Origin: Eledone cirrhosa
Taxonomy: Eukaryota
Length of the DNA: 64,000 nt
Direction of reading: 5' to 3'
Assembly: GCA_964016885.1 (NCBI GenBank)
Contig: OZ024755.1
Coordinates: forward strand, 28,706,001-28,770,000
The notes beneath the pieces are model-generated. The model saw only the letters and a program-made list of their open reading frames with translations. It did no database searches and had not been told where the DNA came from. Position 1 is the stretch's first letter. Every line of letters begins with the position of its first letter. The translations under genes and the position numbers were made by a program. Positions 1-15,629 of this stretch are shown piece by piece.

Positions 1-895
1 CACCCAAACACATACACCTATATACACCTATATACTTGTATCTATAGATGTTTGTTTTTACTGGTCATATACACCCAGACACACATATATATACACCCAG
101 ACACATACACATATATACACCCAAACACATACACATATATACACCTATATACTTGTATCTCTAGATGTTTGTTTTTACTGGTCATATACACCCAGACACA
201 CATATATATATACACCCAGACACATACACATATATACACCCAAACACATACACCTATATACACCTATATACTTGTATCTATAGATGTTTGTTTTTACTGG
301 TCATATACACCCAGACACACATATATATACACCCAGACACATACACATATATACACCCAAACACATACACATATATACACCTATATACTTGTATCTCTAG
401 ATGTTTGTTTTTACTGGTCATATACACCCAGACACACATATATATATACACCCAGACACATACACATATATACACCCAAACACATACACCTATATACACC
501 TATATACTTGTATCTCTAGATGTTTGTTTTTACTGGTCATATACACCCAGACACACACATATATATATACACCCAGACACATACACATATATACACCCAA
601 ACACATACACATATATACACCTATATACTTGTATCTCTAGATGTTTGTTTTTACTGGTCATATACACCCAGACACACATATATATACACCCAGACACATA
701 CACATATATACACCCAAACACATACACATATATACACCTATATACTTGTATCTCTAGATGTTTGTTTTTACTGGTCATATACACCCAGACACACATATAT
801 ATATACACCCAGACACATACACATATATACACCCAAACACATACACCTATATACACCTATATACTTGTATCTCTAGATGTTTGTTTTTACTGGTA
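1..895. repeat. Tandem minisatellite, ~118-bp unit with ~24-bp subrepeats
   Basis: ATGTTTGTTTTTACTGG recurs at 48, 165, 284, 401, 520, 641, 758 and 877 (periods 117/119/117/119/121/117/119). The array runs off the left edge. Confidence 0.95.
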
Positions 896-2130
896 TATAT
901 CATCTTCGTTTTTGAAATAACGCTGCCTCTTTCTTTGTAACGGGCGGATGTTGTACTGAAAAAGTGAAAAAAATTACTAAAGTGAAATAAATCAATAGTT
1001 GATGACCTCCGATTTCTTGTTGTTGTCTATTAAGCCCATTCATTTTCAAGCTATATCAACTACCGACATGACAGCACATTTCTAACACAGTACATAAAGC
1101 AATATACTATGGTTCAATGAACACCGAGGTTTTTGTCTATAGTGTGACTGGCGAAATTATACTGTGAAAAAGATCTCTCCTATTTTGAAACATTTATAGT
1201 GACTTCCGTCGCCCTAATCCCTCTATCTGCTTTATGGGGTTGACGAGAGAGATGGAGGCGATAACAGTGGGAGTTAGATTCTTCTGTGTTCGGACCTGGT
1301 GTACAGCATGAGTTATCCGTACATTCTCGGCTGATAATAACGTCAGTTCATCGTACATAGGTCATATAAGGTGGTATCTTATCTGAATGTTTGTCTTGTT
1401 CTGTTGTAAGAAATTCGGAAAGTCATTTGTAGTCTTTAAAATCTGCTATGGGCTCTGTTAGGGGTAAACGTGTCCAAGAAACGCTGTATGTCACTACAGC
1501 CCCTCTACGACTCCACTTGGAATTACATGACCATACATGCATGAATGCATATGCGAGTATAATTTTGCCGTTTGTGTGTATATGAAGGTGTAAGCCTTTG
1601 TTAGTGGGTGTGTGCGTATGTGCCCCTCTCCCCCGCGTGTGTATGTATGTGTGTATGTTTGTATGTTTGTTCGTCAGTCTGTCCCTTTGTGCGTGTGTCT
1701 GTTTTCGCTGTCAGAATTACATACTATGTACAATTCCTGTTTCGATGTGGTAAGTTTTTGCCGTCAACGAATTTTATTTTAATATCTCAGCTGTAAAAGA
1801 TTGGTGTTACGAGAAGAGCATGCGTATGTGTCTGTCTATCCTAGGTTGTATGTTCAACAACTGTGGTGGTCTTGTATGTTGCTGTGATTTACCAATGCAA
1901 CATATGTGTATTTAGTAACCAGATCGGTTGATTTACCATATGTTGTTCCAGGTCTAAATAAATACCACGTTCTTCTGTTTAGGAGTTACATCGTTTCGTC
2001 TTTTGGTGCTAGTTGTTTACCTCCAACGCATTCGACGAATTTGTGTATATGCATGGGCTTTGTATATGTCAATCGCTCTGCGTGTGTGTATCTGTGTATA
2101 TAGAATTATGCGATTGTGAATGTCTGCGTA

Positions 2131-2161
<31 letters not shown>

Positions 2162-2422
2162 CGTGGGTGTGATTATGTGTAAAACCCATCACTGGTGACA
2201 CATTGCAAAGCCTACGACTGGAAATTGTCTGTGCAAAAGTTGCTCTATTTACTTATATTATTGTGTAGTGGAATGTATAAGGTCACCGAACCCCTCCTTA
2301 TGATCACATGGATTACGATCATTTTCAAAACCTTATTCGAATTTAAAGGAAAAAAAACAAAAACACATTTGAAAATCAAATAAATCTGACTAATGACATC
2401 AAGTAGTCAGCATTTGTAATAG

Positions 2423-2618
2423 TATTTTGACAGAATCGGTAGAGCGTCGGACAACATGATGTATGGTATGGAGTTACGGCCCTTTACGTTCTGTGTTCAA
2501 ATCCAGCCGAGGTTAGCTTTGCCTCTCATCATTACGGGGATCGTTAACATAAAGTACCACTAATGTACAGGGGCCGATTTAATCGAATTTCCCCGCCCCT
2601 TTAAATTGCTGGCCTTGT
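2423..2618 (+). mobile_element. tRNA-derived SINE, diverged copy
   Basis: B-box-like GTTCAAATCC, then GAGGTTAGCTTTGCCTCTCATC...AAAGTACCA...TTGCTGGCCTTGT shared with the other copies. Confidence 0.8.
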
Positions 2619-2720
2619 AGGGATGTAGGGCTGGTGGTGGTGGGGGCTGGAGAGGGGAGAGGGAGGCGGGGGTCCGAGCGGGGACGGCTGAAGGTGGTGT
2701 TTGTGTATGGGTGTAGGTGT

Positions 2721-2771
<51 letters not shown>

Positions 2772-3295
2772 TGAGAGTTGGGGGAAGAACGAGGTTCCAT
2801 GTTCAGGTAAAAGGGAAACCGGTGTGTACGTGCGGTGGGGTGTAAGTCGGTGTGTGCGTGGGTGCGTGTGGACGGAGAGGGGTGGAGGAGCGTGGGCGTG
2901 TGGAGGCTGAGTGTGTGTATGTGGGGATACGCACGTGTGTGTTTGTGTTTGTTCGTGTGTATGTTTCTAAGATATTTCCATGGAGTGTGAGACAAGATGT
3001 TGGAGATTCCACTTGTGGTAGAATGGACAGCTGGAGCGATGACCGGTGGTGGGAAATCCTGTTGAGATAGTGCGGAAGTGGAGAGATGTGGGGTGCGCGC
3101 GCAACAGGAAGTGGTCAGAGGGTCAAGGCAGGGTGAAGAGATAGCAGTAGAGGAGGATGACAGGTAAAGAAAGGGTCTGTATATATTGTATATATATATA
3201 TATATATATATATTTGTGTCTGTCTGTGTGTGTGTGTGTAGCTGCGCGCGTGTGTGTGTATATATATATATATATACATATACAGTATATAAATG

Positions 3296-3346
<51 letters not shown>

Positions 3347-3482
3347 AGTTGCACGCGTGTCTCTGAGTGTCTAAATATGTATACGTATATATATATATTG
3401 TTGTACATATATATATATGTGTGTGTGTGTAGTTGCACGCGTGTCTCTGAGTGTGTAAATATGTATACGTATATATATTGTT

Positions 3483-3568
<86 letters not shown>

Positions 3569-3928
3569 TTCTATCTTCACAAAAACATTTTTTTTTCCGC
3601 CTCATTTAAAATTAAGTATTTCCTTTAAACTTTTCCAATATCATCTTTCCCTTGAATCAGTTACATAAGAAAGAAATGAATTACATGACTATTCACTTAC
3701 ATATATATTAAGCAAACATTACTGTGCTGATAAGAAGTTGATTACGCCGCTACGTGGTTTCACATTCAGTTCCGAGAACTCTACGAGAGTCTTGGCTTGT
3801 TCAGTGCCTTGTGGTGGAACGGATTCAAACGGTTAGAAAGTGTTAATCGTCTCTGTGGAACCATTTTGATTTCTCTATCCCGCTGTCTTTATATCTGTAT
3901 TGACTTGTGTGTGTGTGTGTATATATAT

Positions 3929-4538
3929 GGTGGCTGCCAACTCGTTTTCGAGTACGGCCACTACTTTATATCCATGTAGGAGAACCCCTACCGATGCGCT
4001 GAACGAGTGTGACTTTTTAGTCCAGCCAGCGACTTGAAAACTCTGGTACAAACACTACACTTGTGACAATTATTGACACATAGTGCTGGGCCCATGGTAC
4101 CATGTGACGACAAGTGCAGAGAGATCTCCAGATATAAAGCAATGCCTGTGCAATGTATGCTTTTATAGTGAGCAAAGGCACTGCACAAAGCCAGTCCCAC
4201 TCTCTTAACCAAGATGATATTTACCAAAAAGAAGAACAAGTCAACATCATTGGATACCATCAGGGTTGCAGGTGTTATACCAGAGTTTTCCTTCTCCTAG
4301 AATTCTGCCTTGACAAAGGCTAAGGGGTCATCTCTCCCGGTGATTTTGGATGGCCATTGACTCTTAAGAGCTCCTTTGCCCTTTGACAGGTTTTGTTTTT
4401 AGTCCTGCAGGATGTCCAAAGTCACCCTCCTCACCAAGAAACCTTGGTGGGGTTGCCAGTTTAGTCGCCAACGACCCGACCATGGGACAGGTTGTACTGG
4501 AATACATGTTAGCAGTAGCACCAACTGGTGACCTGACA
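3929..4538 (-). mobile_element. ~610-bp RTE-LINE-derived non-autonomous retroelement
   Basis: Near-identical to 15630-16237, 16263-16871 and 46153-46760. The minus strand has GGAGAAGGAAAACTCTG and ends in a coding remnant [17 protein letters not shown], similar to the C-terminus of the RTE at 59511-60725. Flanked by TA/CA repeats. Confidence 0.8.
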
Positions 4539-4635
4539 TCGATACATATATACATATACACATATATATATGTATATATATATATGCATACACACACACA
4601 TATATATATACACACACACATATATATATACATAA

Positions 4636-4704
<69 letters not shown>

Positions 4705-4789
4705 TATATACACACATATATATATACACATATATATATATACACATATATATATATACACACATATATATATACATATATATATATAC

Positions 4790-4824
<35 letters not shown>

Positions 4825-4881
4825 AATTTTGAGTATGTGTTTGTTGTTTACGAAGCCAACTTTAACATGTTTGATTTGCAC

Positions 4882-5055
4882 GTGGATTGGCAGTATAGGT
4901 AGAGGGTCGGGCGCCATGCTTTGACGCATAGAGTTACGGTCCTTGCCATTCTGAGTTCAAATCCCGCCGAGGTTAACTTACGGGGTCAATAAAATAAAGT
5001 ACCAGTAATGCACTGGGTATTTGCTGGCCTTCTGCCAAAAGTAGAAACAATTATT
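4882..5055 (+). mobile_element. tRNA-derived SINE
   Basis: A-box-like TGGCAGTATAGG, B box GAGTTCAAATCCC and 3' end GTAGAAACAATTATT; has an internal deletion relative to other copies. Confidence 0.88.
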
Positions 5056-5059
5056 TTAT

Positions 5060-5118
<59 letters not shown>

Positions 5119-5646
5119 GAAAATGTCTATAAACGTCAAAATATGACATAAAATATAATAAAAAAGAGGGACCGTCTTATGCGAAGAAGTGTCTAATAGG
5201 CTGACAAATACGGTATTTTGCAGTAATAATTTAAAAAATATATAATGCCACGTGAACCTAATATATCTGTGAAATTTTACATTCCTGTGTTTGTTTTGTT
5301 TCAATTATTGAAAACTAAAACGAGGCAAAACAAAAAGAACCTTTTAAGGGGAAACATTAAAAATTATTATTTTTTTTAAATAAAAATACAAAAGAGAGAC
5401 ACAGAACTCCAGGACCATCGGCCGTTGAGATGGAATTGGGCAGTTTCGGTCCCTACCAATGATAATGCTTCTCCAACCGTGGTCACAGCGTCTATCACAA
5501 GCCAAAACGCTGTCCAGTGGTGTAGGAGACGAGTCAAAACAGTAAATTATAGCAATTAGGCTGTGACCAGTGCTCATAGACTAAATTAGTGAAATCGTTA
5601 TCTAATGTTCCGTTGTCACCTAAGTCACTGCTCGGCAGAGGTAATA

Positions 5647-5936
5647 ATGGTTTCTGCTTTTGGCACAAGGCCAGCAATTACACCAGTAGATTACTGGTAC
5701 TTTATTTTATCGACCCCGTAAGGATGAAAGGCAAAGCTAACAGAGGTAATAATTGTTTCTACGTTAGGCACAAGGCCAGCAATTACCCAGTGTATTACTG
5801 GTACTTTATTTTATCGACCCCGTAAGGATGAAAGGCAAAGTTAACCTCGGCGGGATTTGAACTCAGAATAGCAAGAGCCGTAACTCTATGCTTCAAAGCA
5901 TGGCGTCTGACCCTCTACCGATACTGCCAATCCACC
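5647..5936 (-). mobile_element. tRNA-derived SINE: 3' fragment plus full copy in tandem
   Basis: Partial copy 5649-5740 and full copy 5750-5936. GAGGTAATAAT occurs at all three junctions. Confidence 0.88.
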
Positions 5937-6257
5937 GAGGTAATAATGAGACTGAGTATAATACTAACAGGACGAGCAATGAAAATCGAATAAACATATC
6001 AACTTGTGTGATAGTGTGTAATTCGATATGTAATTATGTAAATATGAGTAGGTATATATGTAAATATTTTGGTTATATAAATTGGGTCTATGAGTGGGAT
6101 TTCAAGAATACCATAAGTAATAAACGCTAATGCTTCCGTTTTTATATAAAATATTTGGGTCACTGAGTACTATATAGCAACACATATCATGTTAGACTGG
6201 CTTGGATACGTTTCAGGATGTGTACACACACACACCCACACACCCAGAGGCACTTAT

Positions 6258-6328
<71 letters not shown>

Positions 6329-6533
6329 GTGTGTGGGAATAATAACAAGAAATTCTGTATATTACTTCATTAATGAGTGAGTATTACCTCTCATTATATA
6401 AAGTCGATAAAATAAAGTACCAGTAATGCACTCGGTTATTGCTGGCCTTGTGCCTAAAGTAGAAACAATTATATAAAGTACAGTGCCTTTTTTGGAATAG
6501 GCTTTCTCCTGCTACATCAAGAGACATTATAGT

Positions 6534-7253
<720 letters not shown>

Positions 7254-7255
<2 letters not shown>

Positions 7256-7757
7256 CGTTTCTGAATTTGTTTAGCAAGATTCTTTATCTGAAAACGTGTG
7301 TTGAAACCGATATTGTTATGCTTTGGGACATGACAGCAACATCACAACTTTCAATTAAGGACAAAATGAAAACACACACACACATAGAACAAACGACCAA
7401 CCAGTAACATGTAAATAAACAAACAAATAAACAAATATAAACACACACAGATACCCGGATGTAACACATGCGCAAACTAAGCGCACAGCACACACACAAA
7501 CAAGATGGCGTAGGATAGAACAAAGGAGAGGCACAAAAACAAAGAAAAGAATCCCCAGTCACTGAAGAGGTCACAGAATGTGTGACGAAAGAACTTTGAC
7601 AACCAGAAGATTGTTCAATCGTCAGGTTGTGGAACCAACCAACCAACCGGAAATCTATAAATTCCTAAATTTATAAATTTAATTTATAATAAATTGAAGT
7701 GAAACTACTTGTGCGTGTGTTTCTTATTGGCAACATGACCCTCCCAAAGCATAACTA
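7254..7757. mobile_element. PLE terminal remnant, sister subfamily of the intact PLE
   Basis: Minus strand 7254-7328 translates PKHNNIGFNTRFQIKNLAKQIQKR, versus PKYNNICFDTRFHIKNLAKLIHRR in the intact ORF. The plus strand ends ATGACCCTCCCAAAGCATAAC-(TA)n. Confidence 0.85.
7558..7600 (+). ncRNA. Minimal type I hammerhead-like motif
   Basis: GTCA-CTGAAGA-G-GTCACA(GAATG)TGTGAC-GAAA-GAAC-TT-TGAC: stem I 4 bp, stem II 6 bp, 1-bp stem III. Confidence 0.6.
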
Positions 7758-7974
7758 TATATATATATAAATATATATATAATTATACATATTAGTGTGT
7801 GTGTGCGTATGTGTGTGTCCTCAGTGTCAATGAGAGAAAGAGAGGAGGAGATTGGTGATGATCATTCTCGAGACTCATAAAATGGGGTATGATAGGAAAT
7901 GTACATTACTTCGAAATTCTATAGATGTTTGCCCACTACGTGGAAATGGGTTCCCAAGAGTGTAATTATTCTTC

Positions 7975-9028
<1,054 letters not shown>

Positions 9029-9031
9029 ATA

Positions 9032-9109
<78 letters not shown>

Positions 9110-9229
9110 TGTATATATATGTATATATATATATATGTATATATATATGTATATATCAGATCAGAGCAAACAGCACGGACACTCTATCTCAAAATTATTT
9201 TTGAAAAGCATTTAGAAATGCGCAACCGG

Positions 9230-9358
9230 TAAAAACTTAAAAACTTAAAACCACAACTGAATACTAACCCATACAATCACTAATACTCTTTTATTCCTAA
9301 TTAAACCATTTTTCAACTGTGAACAATTTGTCAGCATTTTCTATTCCGTTTACCAATA
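9230..9358 (+). mobile_element. Single arm of the fold-back family at 59141-59425
   Basis: AAAACTTAAAACCACAACTGAATAC...CCGTTTACCAATATA is nearly identical to 59268-59389 and ends in (TA)n. Confidence 0.75.
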
Positions 9359-9463
9359 TATGTATATATATATATATATATATATGCATATATGTATATG
9401 TATATATATATATGTATATATATATATATGTATATATATATGTATATATATATGTATATATAA

Positions 9464-9529
<66 letters not shown>

Positions 9530-9544
9530 GTATATATATATATG

Positions 9545-9636
<92 letters not shown>

Positions 9637-9859
9637 TTCCAGAAGATCCCGCTACAGGGAGAAAGTAGAAACTGTTTGCATTAACTTTTAGTCTGTGCTA
9701 ATATAAATATATTTAATATAGAAATAGCGGGAGAAATCATCAGGAAGTCGACTCTCCAAGTAATATGGTGGTATTTATACCTTTTCTGGTCGTAAGAGAG
9801 GGCAGTGTTTGAGATGAGTGGAGGTCATTGGTTGATGGATTTAATATATATATATATAT

Positions 9860-10055
9860 CAGGTATGGTGTGGTAAAAGCCAGCTAGACGATAACCCACC
9901 AGAGAACTCGATACTTGGGGCAGTAGAGTGGGTAATATGAAAAGATTCAGGACCCCGATGCACGAGCTTCGGATGTTTCGTCAGCTAGATTCGAACAGTT
10001 CAGATCTAGCTGTCGAAACGGCCAGAGTTCAGCCGTTGGGGTCCTGAATTTTCAT
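9860..10055 (-). mobile_element. Fold-back module (GACCCCGACGGC family)
   Basis: Imperfect hairpin 9938-10055 plus a tail matching the rc of ...ATTACCCACTCTACT...TTACCACA. Flanked by (TA)n. Confidence 0.7.
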
Positions 10056-10182
10056 ATATATATATATAAAGAAGAAACAGGGGCTGTGTAGTGGATAAGG
10101 TGTACTTATAAATGAGACGAAAGCACGAACGGGAGAACATTTTCCTTCATCAGTTGTCTGCTAGGGACCATGGATATTTCGA

Positions 10183-10247
<65 letters not shown>

Positions 10248-10252
10248 CTGTA

Positions 10253-10298
<46 letters not shown>

Positions 10299-10395
10299 AA
10301 ATATATATATATATGTTTCACGGTTGGGTGTGGATGCATTCATGTATATGTGTGTGTCCGCATGTATCTGTGTGTTTCTAAATATATTGTATATG

Positions 10396-10441
<46 letters not shown>

Positions 10442-10667
10442 CATATATATATATATTTTTTTTTGTATATACATATATATATACACACACATATATATAT
10501 ATATATATATGAATTTACATGTATACATATATATATATATATTGATTATTATTTTGCTTTCCATTCCAATGATAACCCATTCAGAGCGAAACGTAGGTAG
10601 GCGCACTATTATACAAACAGCTTTTAACGGTTTTAAACTCTTTGTATTCATTTCCTTTATATATATA

Positions 10668-10782
<115 letters not shown>

Positions 10783-10786
10783 GGCT

Positions 10787-10822
<36 letters not shown>

Positions 10823-11242
10823 AAAATTGTTCGTCCACGAATAATAATGAGGTGTTAAAGGTATTATTTCAGTGCCAATAAAAAATGTAAAATACACACA
10901 ATTTATAGTATTCATGAACCGTAGGATAAGAAAGTATACATCCTTTCACATATCTCTAGGTAAGGTAGAGGCACTTCAGACAAAATGACTAAATATAATT
11001 ATATCAACTAGAACTCGATTGACATACATATATATAAAATAAATACATGAAACAATCACAGGGAATAATTTGTAAAGAATGTAGGCACACATATCTAGGT
11101 AGGTAACTAATTAAAGTTTGACTAGAACTTCAAATATAGAAACCTTTTAAAATGATTAATTTGATTAGTAATGCTCGGATCTTATCTTTGAGCTTATTCT
11201 ACGGTGGATATGGCGCTTGTCTCTCAGACATGACAACCCTTA

Positions 11243-11296
<54 letters not shown>

Positions 11297-12781
11297 TACT
11301 AGGGAAAGGATCAGGGGTGTATAACACTCCACTTATCCAGCAGGCAGTATAAGGTTAGCTCAATGTCTGAGCACAGAGCCATATACTCCTCATAATAGAG
11401 TATGTAACCTATGCCTTGCCGAATCCCACTCTATTATATTTGCTAAATGCCCTCTACTAAATAGAAAGCCTGAAATATTTTCCTCTTGCCCCCACCGGAT
11501 ATTAAGCTCTTTCTTCTACTTTAAACCTGTTAGCTAGCACTTCCTTATTCCTCCAGTTGGGCTGTCTTGTGTAACTGTCTCTGACTGTGTGTAACTGTCT
11601 CCTATTGTTGGTCGTCTATGTATACGAGTCGGTGAATGTATACGTATGCCTGTGGGAGGATATTGATCTGGATATTGGGGTGTGCAGGTGAGCGGGTGTG
11701 TATGTTAATAAGCACCCCTGTTTGGCACAGTGGATGTAACCCATCCACGCTCGCCCACCCACCATTGGTGCATTGGTGGGTCTATCCTGACGTATATCTT
11801 GTTGATCTGTACCTCTGTATGCGCATGAGTTGTGATGTAATGTATTTATGTAAAGCGTGTACTGCGATTTAGGCTGCACTAATAGAAATTTAGCCTGTAA
11901 CTGTGGGCGGACCCGTGCCATCCCGCCGTAAGCAGTGGATACGTGGCGCATGTACGTGTTGCCCTCATATTCTGTGGTTTAAGATCTACAGGCTGACCTC
12001 TGGGAGCTCTTGCCCGGGGTTGTAGTCTTTCTAGCACGATCGGCCTTCCATATATTGACGGTCGTTGTTATGATCCCGAAAGTAACGTTTTGGCCCCGAT
12101 AGCCCTCCGTAGTTACTAACGGTCTGTGTACACTTGAATCGGGCAATGGCACGTGCGGACATGAATATCTCCGTAGGATTTCAACTTTATTTTACTACAT
12201 CTCATCGTATGTATTTATTTTGAATGTATTACCTGTGGTGGTGGGTCTGGTCTAATGTGGTATTTCGGTGTTTAATATCAGCTTTGACCCGGGTGTCCTA
12301 CGCTGTGTGTGTGTGCGTGTGTGTCCGTGTATACATTTATATGTGTATGGGTGTAGGTGGTTGTATATGTCTGTATATAAAAATATATATATATATATAT
12401 GTATACCGTCTCTGCATATGCATGTGGTGTGTATATGTGCATATACGTGCTGAACATATTGATGTGCACAATCTTGTGATGTCCCAATGCGGTGACTTAA
12501 TGGCTCTTGAAGCTATTTTTTATATATCTTCTGTCTTTTTATATATCTTTTGTATGCGCTACAACTGTGTCTGCTTGCTTTGGCTAACCCGCCTGCACCT
12601 CGCTTGCTAATGCACGTGAATTCTCCTACCTCCTTCGATGCACCTCTCTCTGACCATTGGACTCCTGCCCGGGTGTGAACCGGTTTGTGATTACCCCACC
12701 GCTCAACTGTGTGAATGCACACCCGTGACTTTCGAGTGAACTTTTGAGACTGCCCAACCTGGGACGCCTCCATTGCCTTGC

Positions 12782-12942
12782 AATGGTCAAGTGATACTGG
12801 GGACTGTGACACTTAGTGCCTTCGTGGGCCCCTGATGTTTTCAAGAAATATACTTTAAAAAAATGGTCAAGTGATACACATAACTGTGACACTTAGTGCC
12901 TTCGTGGGCCCCTGATATATTCAGGAGATATATTCTAAAAAA
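12782..12942. repeat. 80-bp tandem duplication
   Basis: AATGGTCAAGTGATAC...TGTGACACTTAGTGCCTTCGTGGGCCCCTGAT at 12782 and 12862. Confidence 0.9.
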
Positions 12943-13105
12943 ATATATATCTTATCTCAATTTACTTTATTTCATTTTATTTTATTTTATTTCATTTCAT
13001 GTTATCTAATTTTATTTATTTACTTATTTAACTCCATTTATTTATTTATTTATTTATTTATTTAAATTTTAATTTTAATTTTAATTTTATTTATTTATTT
13101 AATTT

Positions 13106-13145
<40 letters not shown>

Positions 13146-13729
13146 TTACATTTAATTACATTTAATTATACATTTAATTATATCTTATATTATATTATTT
13201 TAATTTAGTCTATGTTATTTGATTTTAGTTTACCTTATTTTATCTTATTTTACGATTATATTATATTATGTTCTATTTTATATAATTTTAATTTTAATTT
13301 TATATTATTTTATCTCATTCCTTACCCTGTATCACTATTATCTGTATATTTTATATTTTATATGTAAGTTTGTTATGTATTTCTTTATATTTTCTTCTAT
13401 ATATTATAAGTCTGTTTTTCACCTATTTTTTACCTACTCTTACCTAATCCCATCTATCTTACCTACTCTTGTCTGTTCTCTTATCCATGTGTATGCTTGT
13501 ATGTAACTATATGTTGACAGCACCCCGCCCAACTGTGACTGATAGCACCCCTTATTTTTCATTGCTTATTTTTCATTGTTTATTTTATTATCTTATTCTT
13601 ATTTTTATTTTTATTTTTATTCTCATCTTTATTTTTACTTTTACTTCCTTAATATCCTTTATCGTCTATTATTATTTTTCATTCTTCAATGTCTTGGATT
13701 TGTTATTGCTTGTATGGTATGTAATTAAC

Positions 13730-13787
13730 CTTTATGCTCTGATGAGTCCCACTTATAGTGCGGATGAAACAATGTTAGCAAGTAAAG
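13730..13787 (+). ncRNA. Minimal type I hammerhead ribozyme motif
   Basis: CTTTA-TGCT-CTGATGA-GTCC(CACTTATAGTGC)GGAT-GAAA-CAATG-TT-AGCA-AG-TAAAG: canonical core with bulged stem I, ~35 nt upstream of a long (TA)n. Confidence 0.72.
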
Positions 13788-13819
13788 ATATGCATATGCT
13801 ATAGGCGTTCTTTGTTATT

Positions 13820-13930
<111 letters not shown>

Positions 13931-13942
13931 AATATATATATG

Positions 13943-14082
<140 letters not shown>

Positions 14083-14604
14083 GTGTGTGTATATGTGTGT
14101 GAATGCCTGCGTGTATCCGTGTTTGTGTGTGTGTAGAAGTCTATGTGTATATATGGGCAACTGAGTAGTGTCTTACTTTACGTGTTATGTACATATGGGT
14201 TAAATTGCTCACGGTAGAGAGGGGCCTTACCGAAAAGAAATGCCGAACAGATACCAGTAATTGTAATACACCACCGCCACTTGTGAATTAGTAAAAAAAA
14301 TGGGATTTTGTACAACGAGGGGCGAGACCACTATGCCTCTCGAGTGTATATTTAAACTAGAAATGAATCTGCTTACTAGGAGAGAAACAGAGATACATAA
14401 GAGACAATGCAGTAACCACATACCAACTAATGAACGGATAATACACGAAGGAATGTCATAGGTGTTGTGCAATGCCCAACGTGATCAATAGAAACACGAA
14501 TGTGTATATAAACAAGTAGAGTGACTGGGACACTGGGACATATGTATATAATCATTTTTCAAGGCAATATTAACTGATGTGTTGTTCTGTTATTATTATT
14601 ATTA

Positions 14605-15047
14605 GTGGATTGGTAGTATCAGTAGAGGGTCGGACGCCATGCTTTCCAGCATAGTTACGTCCCTTTATGATCTGAGTTCAAATCCCACCGAGGTTGACTT
14701 TGCCTTTCATCCTTACGGGGTCGATAAAATAAAGTACCAGTAATGCACTGGGTAATTTGCTGGCCTTGTGCCTAAAGTAGAAACAATTATTATTATTATT
14801 ATTATTTATAATTATTATGGATTGGCAGGATCGGTAGAGGGTCGGACGCCATGCTTTCTAGCATAGTTACGTCGCTTTACGATCTGAGTTCAAATCCCTC
14901 CGAGGTTGACTTTACCTATCATCCTTACGGGGTTGATAAAATAAAGTACCAGTCACGCACTGGGGTCTATTTTATCGACTTTCCCCTGCACCAAAATTGC
15001 TGGCCTTGTGCCTATATAAGAAACCATTATTATTATTATTATTATTA
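14605..15047 (+). mobile_element. Two tandem tRNA-derived SINEs with (TTA)n tails
   Basis: Copies at ~14605-14790 and ~14818-15047, each with GAGTTCAAATCCC and CCTT/ATCATCCTTACGGGGT. Confidence 0.9.
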
Positions 15048-15629
15048 CGTTTTCATTGGTCTGTCCAATAGTAAGATAAATATATTTTTACGCTCTTTTG
15101 CTGGTTATCGAAAAATCTGCGATGCTGTTATACTTCTCTTCTGTTTAAATCACTTGCCAAGGTACTTCACGAAAACTTTCGAAAATAACCCACTGCTAAA
15201 ACGAAAAAGAGAAAAAAAAGCATAAACTAATACTTGAGAATGTCAAGTGATATGTTTCTCTGTGGTATATGATTATTACTAATAAAATCTGTAAAAAATT
15301 ATCTTCTTCCTTCTTCACCCAACTTCATTCCGTCTGATATCGATGTATTAGAGTGACACGGTTGTAAACGAAAGAATATGTGCAATGGATTTCCTATCAG
15401 ACTAAACTAAGTGGATGAAAAGTTGAAGGAACTATTGACGTGGATATGTGACTAGATATTTGAGATGTCGAGTAGAATTCTTTACAATGAAGTATTCTCA
15501 TTACTAATTTTTCGTTTTGAATTATTTTATATTTTGCAATATTATATAAGTAACTTTCATTGTTGATATACTTTAAATCTTATGAGAATTTGAGGATAAT
15601 TATATACATACGTACGTACATACATACAT

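Noticed and set aside
1-895. CRISPR-like regular repeats
   Set aside because: The intervening sequences are themselves repeated rather than unique spacers, there are no cas genes, and the context is eukaryotic.
12830-12856. CTGATG...GAAA in the 80-bp duplication as a hammerhead
   Set aside because: The core lacks A9 (CTGATGT) and the second copy is further degenerate.
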